NCBI RefSeq assembly: GCF_009914755.1
Contig: NC_060929.1
Strand: one strand, 5' to 3'
DNA length: 64,000 nt
From: the human T2T-CHM13v2.0 reference genome, Homo sapiens
A program made the position numbers and the translations under genes. Shown here piece by piece: positions 51,601-64,000 of the stretch (the stretch's first letter is position 1; the number at the start of each line of letters is the position of its first letter). The notes beneath the pieces were generated by a model. It saw only the letters and a program-made list of their open reading frames with translations. It did no database searches and was not told the origin of the DNA.

Positions 51601-53204
51601 TCTATTAATAACTTCATTTTCCAAAACGCTCTACTTTATATGAGACGATTCTTGATGGAAATACCATTTGCTTCTAGGCTCGTTGCTTAAACATAAAGTT
51701 AAAAATCTTTGTATGACACATAAAATTGTGGTGACTGCTTAACTTTGCAACTATAGTGCTCCTGAAATGCTCATTTAACCAGTCTGTGTTCCAGACCTAC
51801 AGAACTTAGATGGTGCTAAAATTGCGCAAAAATTGTGTATTTCTTCTACAACTAACTTCTGATAAAAAGGGGGCAGAGAAGGTTAACTCTCTCCCCCTTT
51901 AGCTTTATTTGCTTAGTGAATTTCTACAAAACATAATTTAAGTGCTATATTTTTCCAAGGTTTTAATAAGGAAATAAAAACCGCAATAGGTATCTTAAGC
52001 AGAAAGTGCATTTCATACATATACAATAGGAAGGGCTAAAATAACTAAAGTAGCTGTGGCATGGAGGAAGGTTTTGAGTTCTTGAATTCAAAGGCACGCA
52101 ATCATTTCTGCAATCCTGGGTCAAAAAGATGCTCCTGCTATTAAAACTTTAAGCCTCTTATGCCCATGAAACTGGGGATTAGGCACAAGGATATTGAATC
52201 CTACCACTTCCACTACTTCTGAACTATTGTCCCCATGATTTCACTTGCCAGAATCAACAATAGCAAGACAGGCTTTGATCTCTTCCATTTTTCTAAGTCT
52301 GATTCATATGCAAACAATCGGTAAGTGGTCTAAGCTGCATTCATAAAGCTAGCTCAAGGGAAGCTGCATTGCTTGTTTTCTTTTGTTTTAGTTTTCTAAC
52401 CTCTTCAAAGAGTGGAACGAAAGTTGAGGAAACCTGTCCAACAGTCTACCACACACCTTCCATGAAAGGTTCCCCAACACCTCCAACAAAATAATGTAAA
52501 CACATGCTGGAACCTGTATTACTCTCGCACCATAACACTTCCCACACTTCCCACGATACTTTTTCTCTTCATGGGAATATCCTTCCAAAACATGCTGATA
52601 TCTCCTAAGCATTATTCATCTGTCGAATTTTCCCACCTATTGTAAGGTCTTCCAATTGTTAGGTTCTTAATAAATATATTTTAAATTATTAAAATTCTGA
52701 ACTAATGGGTAATCAACTGTACAACCCGAATTGCTGATTTGCATACAGCTGAAGTCCCTCCTCAAAACTTCTGTAATACATGAAACTTAGGCAAATGGTT
52801 GGGTCATTACCATATATTACTTTATATTTTTATTTATCAGTATATGTGATTACAGTTATGCTTATGTTAATTGATATGTATATGTACATTGTATTATTCT
52901 GTTACATAGCACAGCATTTTGTACTCAAAAAGTGACCAATAATAATAAGCTACATACTTTGGGAAGCATTGCAGGCTAGTCGTACAGTTTTGTTTTGTTT
53001 TTTTCCCTGCAGCCTGACAACCTTTTTAGTCATTCACTAAACCTCTCTCAGCTTCAGTTTCTTCATCTGCAACATATAGCAAATAATAAAACTTAACTCA
53101 GATGGTTCTAGTGTGAAATAATACAGAGTAAATGTGCCACCAAATACAAACCAATGGCTTGATTGACATAACTCACTGCTAATTTTCTTGAAATGATTCA
53201 AAGT

Positions 53205-54945
<1,741 letters not shown>

Positions 54946-55533
54946 AATTGCCTTCTGTACTTACTTTAGCCCAGTTATTGTTAGGTTCAACATTCAGCAC
55001 TTTACTCAAATTTTCTATAGCTTTCTGGACCTTTTTTTGATATTTATATATAGTAGTGTGGCACAGAAGTGCTAATATTTACCAAAATAAAAGTTATATT
55101 TTTAATTAAAAATTAATTAAAAGGTTGTAGAATCTCAGGATGGAATGCAGACTGTTACAAATTTATCTAGCTCTATTATGAACCATACAAAATAACTTCA
55201 GTGAGGGACTTAAGGGAAAGGGTGCTAGTCAAAGTGATATTGAAAATGAGTGCAGTCTCTTAAGATGAAAGGCAAAAGAAACTTGTACGAAGGCATTTAA
55301 TTTAGTTGATAAAGATGTTCTTCTACTAAGGGCAGGTTATCAATTCTGGTACAGCTATATACATATACTGGAAGTGAACAATTAACTAAATAGATGTCAC
55401 AAAATAAGAGTCAGGATTTTTATTGTTGGAGTGGGGGTTTAGAGATACAGGAAGGCATTGATGCTTGCGGGACTAGGTTAGAGGTAGTGACATCAGTAAG
55501 AACCCATGTTTAGCTTAATACAGACATAGATGG

Positions 55534-55916
55534 TGATATGGTTTACATTTTGTCCCCTCTCAAACCTCTCGTCCAATTGTAATCGCCAGTGTTGAAGGAG
55601 GGGTCTAGTGGGAGGGGATTGGATTATGGGGGCAGATTTCCTCCTTGCTGTTCTTGTGATAATGACTTAGTTCTCACACAATCTGGTTGTTTAAAAGTGT
55701 GTAGCATCTCCCCCTTAGTTCTCTTCCTCCTTCTCCAGCCATGTAAGATGTGCCTGCTTCCTCTTTGCCTTCTGCTATGACTGTACGTTTTCTGAGGCTT
55801 CCCCATCCTTGCTTCCTGTACAGCCTGTGCAACTGTGAGGCAATTAAAGCTCTTTTCTTTATAAATTACCTAGGATCAGGTAGTTCTTTATAACAATGGG
55901 ATAATGGACTAATATA
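55534..55916 (+). mobile_element. MSTA-like solo LTR
   Basis: tgatatggttt...aattaaagctcttttctttataaattacc...ggactaatata, flanked by gatgg/gatgt (5-bp TSD, 1 mismatch). Confidence 0.85.
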
Positions 55917-57946
55917 GATGTTTACATATAGAAATATTTAAAGATATGTGTAAGAATATACACATTGTTTCTTTGCTCTCTCATCTTAGAGAGCTATGAA
56001 AAAATTGATACTCCCTTAGCTACAGGCACAGCTAGCACTTAAATATTGATTTCATATATAGAAAGCAGGGCGTCTTTGAAAGTGGCTGATTCTAAGAATG
56101 GGGAAGAAAATACACAAGATGAGCCTGGGACATCCTCTAGTGCCAGAAATTATGAAAATACTAACAAAAATCTATTCGTGAGATATGTCAAACAAGCACA
56201 GGGGCCAAGTGAAAGGTCTTTCAATTTCTAGAATAATTTTAGCAACACAATACGTTAATTGGTAGTATATTTGGATTATACCCAAAAATGTAATTTTCCT
56301 TAGTCCATATTGATATCAATAAATGACTGAATAAACAAATGAATGAGATAAAAGAGGTAAATCTCCTCTGCAAATAATTTACATATGTATTCCAACTAAA
56401 GGAAGTCAGCTCTTAAAGACATCTTAAGCAATACTGCAACTGAATTAGCTTTCCAAAGATACTGTCACAATTCATCTATTCCAAGACCTATACATTTCAT
56501 ATTTTAATATCTCCTGAAAATATAATGCATTTTACAATTCAGTGGTATGTCTTAGTTTAATTAGCCACAATGCGAATTACTTGCTTAACGGGACATAAAA
56601 TAGTGCATTATACAATCTATGGGCTCTTGGACTCAAGAAAATACGATAGAAAGGAGTTTATGTTAGAGTCTGCACACTGACTAAAGATCAGAGCAGAAAG
56701 CAGATTCTAGGAACAGTCACATTTGTGGCAGTCACTGGTCTCGGCATGCAACAAAATTCAAAGTAAATAGTGGTAAGGTGGGAAATGGACAAAGCTATGT
56801 AGCTAGAATCAGAAGTCTTTGAAATCAAAACATCAAGATTCAAACTATTTAGGGGCAGTGGGGCTGACGTGGTGACCGTGGGCCTGATCAGATAAAACCT
56901 TTACAAAGAAACAGTAGCTCTCAGACTCACCTCCTGAGACAGAGTTGTTCTGAGGGGAAAATGGGTAAGTTTCTACAGTAACATACAGTACTTAAACATA
57001 CAGTAAGATACAGTACTTAAAGCCCTGACCTGTCCAGTTCCCAACACATCTTTCTTGATGGGCACCTAAATGTCACCTTTTGGTTTTATTTTTGTGTTTT
57101 TCTCATCTAAGCTCGGAGAGCAAAGCCTGACAGGGTGAGCCCCCAAAGTGTGTTCATGTCTTAAGAGTGTCCAGAAGCCACATAGGGAGTGTGCAAGTTT
57201 TTCATTTTCATGCCAGGGACAATGTCTCTCTTTATTGAGCTAATGGCAAGGTATGGGCCTCAGAATATGTACAGTTTGAACATATTTGCATCTTCCCTTT
57301 AATTAACTGTGAAATCTGTGAGGCTAATGAGAAGAAAATTGATGGGTAGTCGGTGGAAGAATTTTTTTTTCATTGTCATATCTTCAACTTTCCTGGGGTA
57401 TAATAAGAGATGCACAGTCAATTCAGTATACTTGAAATGTGTGATGTGGTCAAATTTGAGATATATATATATATATATATATGTATATACTTTTGGAAAT
57501 ATCACTACATTCACAACCATCATTATGAAAAGTTTTCTTGTGCACCTCAGTAATCAGTCTCTCCCTCCATGCTGTCTCCAGGCAGCCATTTGATTTTCCA
57601 TCAGGTAACATGAGTGAGAAGAAAATGTTTGTTGCAAGCTATTGAAATTTTGTGGTTGTTCACTTTTTAGAAACTCTTTGGAATTTTCTTTCTCATATCT
57701 TTATTAACATATAAAGTGTCTGTTTGGCATACTTTCAGATAATGTAAATAATATACTCAGCAATTGTTTTGTGCTGGGCTTCCATTTAATCTTTCAAGAT
57801 CATATGGATTTTTATAGCTTTATATGTTGTGTTTGGCATCTTAAGCTCACTATCTACCTACTGACTCTTAAATCCCAAACTCTAAAGAGGTTCTGAAGAT
57901 TCCAAACAATGGCTTGATAGCTTAAAGTAAAAAAAGCTCAGGATAA

Positions 57947-58277
<331 letters not shown>

Positions 58278-58569
58278 TTGAGAAAGTGCATTTAAGCTCC
58301 TTCCTAAATGAATGATTATTTAGTCTTGCAGTGTCCATAATTTCTTTAGGTCACTTACGGAAGTCTCAAACTTGTCTGTAACACCTGATAATAACTTCCA
58401 GTACTATTCTAAAATGTAGATTTACTTTATCACATTTTCTTCTAACTTCTACTTGCCCCTGTTGTAACAATCTTCATTCTTCTTTTGTACTTATATTTTC
58501 TCCTTTTAAAACTCAATATCTAGGTCCTCTCTTATAATTGTGCTTAAAATTCATCCTGCAGTAGTGTCA

Positions 58570-59310
58570 GAGCAGGGTTTCTCAAAGTCATTGTGGGGAA
58601 CTATCGTGTACATTGTAAGATGATTAGCAACATCCCTAGCCTCGACCACCAGATGCCAGTAGCACACCCTCTCTTTCACAGTTTTTTTTTTTTTTTTTAA
58701 TCAGAAATATCTGCGCACATTGACAAATGTCCACCGGATGGGAAGAAGAATGTGGGGTGTAAAATTCCCATTTTTGAGACCCACTTGCTTAGAATGTATT
58801 AAAGACCTATAATTGAAAATACCTTGGCAAAATCTCCCAAAATTGTCTCTCAAAATAACAGTATATACAGTGTAACATACACAACATCCTGTTATACTAA
58901 TGAAAAAATCTAAGAAAAACTCTATAGGATGATATTTAGATATTACAGTCACTATATTAACTATTAGGATAATGTGCCACTAATTCCCAATCGTCACTGC
59001 TTTCATGTAGTGCTTGCTCCATATTGTCTTAATGTTAATCCTTAACATACACAGCCTAACATATTTATTGATGTGAAAGTTTTTGTTTTATTTTCAACAA
59101 CACGGTCTCAACCAGGGGTGATTTTCACTACCAGGGACAATTTGTCAATGTTTAGAGACAATTTTAGTTTTTACTGCTGTAGGTAGTGGAGTGTGCTATT
59201 CACATCCGGTAAGTTTAGGGCAGGAAAACTGGTAAACCTCCTATAACATGAGGCTAGAGCCCACAACAAAATTATCAGGTCCAAAAATGTCAATAGTATT
59301 GAAGGTGAGA
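58570..59310. mobile_element. Two MER20-like hAT remnants (~58570-58790 and ~59100-59310)
   Basis: cagggtttctcaa...agcaacatccctagcctcgaccaccagatgccagtagca and ggtctcaaccaggggtgatttt...aaaatgtcaatagtattgaaggtgaga. Confidence 0.6.
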
Positions 59311-61586
59311 CAATTTCTAGGGAGATATTACACCTTGATATTCTCATTTAATATGCTGGTAATGTAATCCAGCATTTTTCCAAAAATGAGAATAGCCTGG
59401 TGGCCTTAAATGTCATTGTTTTACTCTTACTTACATTGGACTAAAGAATGAGATCAAATGCAGCTGAATAATTTGGATATTTAAAGCAATAACATTTTTC
59501 ACTAACGCGCATAGGCTTAATGCCTGGGTGACAAAATAATCTGTATACCTATTTACCTATAGGTTTACCTATATAACAAACCTGCACATATACCCCTGAA
59601 CTGAAAATAAAAGTTAATAAATAAAGTAATTACATTTGTTTAGAAATAAAATAAATTTAGAAATGGAAAATATTGTTGAAAATATTCTAAGAATTTTAAA
59701 TTTATACATCAAAATAAAAATAATCTGAATATTATTACTAACAGAAAATCTTTGTCTTGATCTCAAATTCCAAGTAGAATACCTTTAGACTATCTCTAGC
59801 AATAGCTAACAGAATAAGATTTACAAATCTTGATAGATCATTTTTCATGCCTGTGTCATTTTAAAATGAATTGATGGCTGTTAAAACTTAATTTAGTTTG
59901 AGTCTCTTCCGGATCATATACATAGTTTTACAGACAGCCATGTTCAATGAAATTATAATATGTAACACAAGAAATATGCCAGATGTAAAGTAAGAATCTC
60001 TTTTAAACGCTCTGATATTCAAAACTCTTTATCAGATTTCCTAAACTAACGATTTTAAACAAAACCTTTTAGTTAAGAAAGCATTGGTCTCAATAGTAAA
60101 TCTGCCAATATGAATTGCTGCATTTTATTTTTGAACTTTCTAAAGGCCATCTGCCAGAGTAATTAGATATAAAATCCTGCATGCAATCTAATATTAGATG
60201 AAAAGTTTAAACTACCAATGATACAATATTGATGCACAGAGGAATGAATTGATTTTTTATGTTATTCTCAAATTGAAAGTCAATCTTTTTATAAAATAAA
60301 TTTATAAATAAATCCAAATATGATATTTTAGCTCACTTTTGACAGTAGGTTTTCAGTTTCTGATGTTAACAATGGCATAATTATGATTTGCTGAATGACT
60401 TTAAAGTGATCGGATAAGGAAACAATTAGGGTTTGCAGTAGCTGGAGAAAGAAAAAAAAGAAATATTTAGATATTGCATACTCAATATGGCACATACTAC
60501 GTCATAGGCTTTAATATCAGTTGACTACTCTCTTTAGAAGGAGTACGGTTTGACCTAGACCAGTTTATTTATTCATTTTTGTAATAATTTTTCCTCATTC
60601 TCTTTGACACATTGGTTAACCTAAAATCACTGTGTTGCTTAGGACATTGACTAAAAATCGTAGTCTTTCAGTTTGTGGCTGCTCACAGGATTTTTTTTTT
60701 TTTTTTTTTGCTTTGGCTTACTAAATAATCTTTTATTGGAGTTAAAACAACAAAGCTAGTAAAGATATATAAATCAATGCCAAAAAAAAGGAGACAGGCC
60801 TACTTATATGCCATTATCTTCTGTTATTGCCGTTGGATAGAAGACAGACATTATCATTTTTAATCAATTGTATACTTCATAAATATGATACAACAGATAT
60901 TTTTACTTCCAAGATTATACATAGAGTTTTTATGATTCCTTTGTGAGTGTGAACTATATAGCTGTCCCTAAAACATAATTGAGAACAGAAAGGTTTTATT
61001 TTTAATTATATAATTTTCTTGCCCAAGTTATATGGATTCATAGGTTACAGAATGTATAACAATATACATTTTTTGCATTTTTAAATTTACTGTATAATTT
61101 ATTTCTGAAACCAAATTTGATATACAACTATGTAAACCATTAAATATGATCTGGATTAAAATAATCTTAACAGACAAATCCAAAAACACTGCATTTTATT
61201 ATTTCTATTTCTAATGTTACCTCCAGGTTTAGACTCCCCTAAGTAATTGACTCTACCTATTATGTTTGTGTTTTGAAACATCACTCTATATTGTAACAAA
61301 AAGAAAAATGACACAATTAGTTTCCTATATGTACACAAAAATTTTCAGTTTTAAATAAGGAAATATAGTTTTGAAATTTAAAAAAGTAAATGTTATAATA
61401 TTTTCTCAAATAATTTACTACTCATATTCCCATTGCTTAGTTTCATTAATTTTTACACTCACATTTTACATATCCAAGATATATTTCCAGCTTTATTTTC
61501 AGAATGAACTGCTAGGATCTTAGATGAGTTTATTATTTTGCACGAGGTGCCACTGCTTGACACCTGATTGTGTGTATACCCCCCCC

Positions 61587-63195
<1,609 letters not shown>

Positions 63196-63877
63196 TAAAA
63201 TCAATACCCACTCTTCCCCACGAACAAGAGAAAGTAAAAACAACTAACAGTGGATTTCTGTATCACGATGACTCATTTTCAATAGAACACTACCATAGGT
63301 CAAATGGATGAATGCATAAATAATGAATGGATTAATATCTTTTACATAATCATGTGCCACATAACAACGTTTACATCAATAAGAGACAGCATGTAAAACA
63401 ATGGCTCATTAAGATTATAATAGGGTTGAAAAATTGCTATCACCATTATAGATTGATCACTCTATGAAGTTTGCACAGTAAGATAATCACCTAGCCACAC
63501 ACTTCTCAGAACATATCCTCATTGCTAAGTGACACAAGGCTGTATTTCATTTAATGATTGCGTAAATAGTTGTTGAGAAAAATCTGCACTCTAAGTACCA
63601 GGATAAAAGAGATTAATAATAAATTAATGATTAAATGCACCATGATCAATCTTATCATTGAGGTCTATATGCTACATTTGGATTACATCGTAAAGGCAGA
63701 GGTTAATCATCGCAACTTACACAACAGGATACAGAGTGGATCAGCAGATAATTACATAATAGAATACAGTTTGAAACCTGCAAGATGCATTAGAATTAAT
63801 TAGAATCAAACCATATGTGTGACTTTGGTTTAAATGTGCAAAACCTATTAATATAGATATAGCCAGGACATTTCTAT

Positions 63878-63913
<36 letters not shown>

Positions 63914-64000
63914 GTGTGTGTATATATATATATACACACACACATATACATGTATATATACATACATACATATATATATTTTATATATATATATATATAT
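63878..64000. repeat. Compound (TG)n/(TA)n/(CA)n microsatellite
   Basis: Direct inspection; runs off the window end. Confidence 0.95.

Noticed and set aside
48700-53200. AT-rich stretch with short ORFs
   Set aside because: No recognisable exons or protein similarity; likely decayed L2/MIR and unique intronic/intergenic DNA.

Overview
Human/great-ape genomic DNA (Alu-, L1- and MaLR-rich) from a GUSBP/POM121-like segmental-duplication cluster, most consistent with the chr5 SMA-type blocks (5q13 or 5p paralogues; placement is inferred). Positions 1-47544 are a head-to-tail array of near-identical units: A (partial, 1-8211), B (8212-29510, 21,299 bp) and C (29511-47544, 18,034 bp). Each full unit has a minus-strand unprocessed beta-glucuronidase (GUSB) fragment (exons 5, truncated 6, 9, 10), a near full-length THE1 MaLR provirus, an intronless plus-strand POM121-like ORF and the apparent 3' end of an unidentified minus-strand gene. 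In A and B the POM121-like ORF is 1437 codons from the first ATG. It is built from an ~810-bp coding tandem repeat whose indels all preserve the frame, and it ends in a hydrophobic tail read from a T-rich tract. In C it is 354 codons, exactly four repeats shorter. Positions 47545-64000 are AT-rich, single-copy in this window, and contain old L1/LTR/DNA-transposon remnants, Alus, a 5'-inverted L1PA insertion and a terminal microsatellite. Family assignments come from recalled sequences, not database searches.
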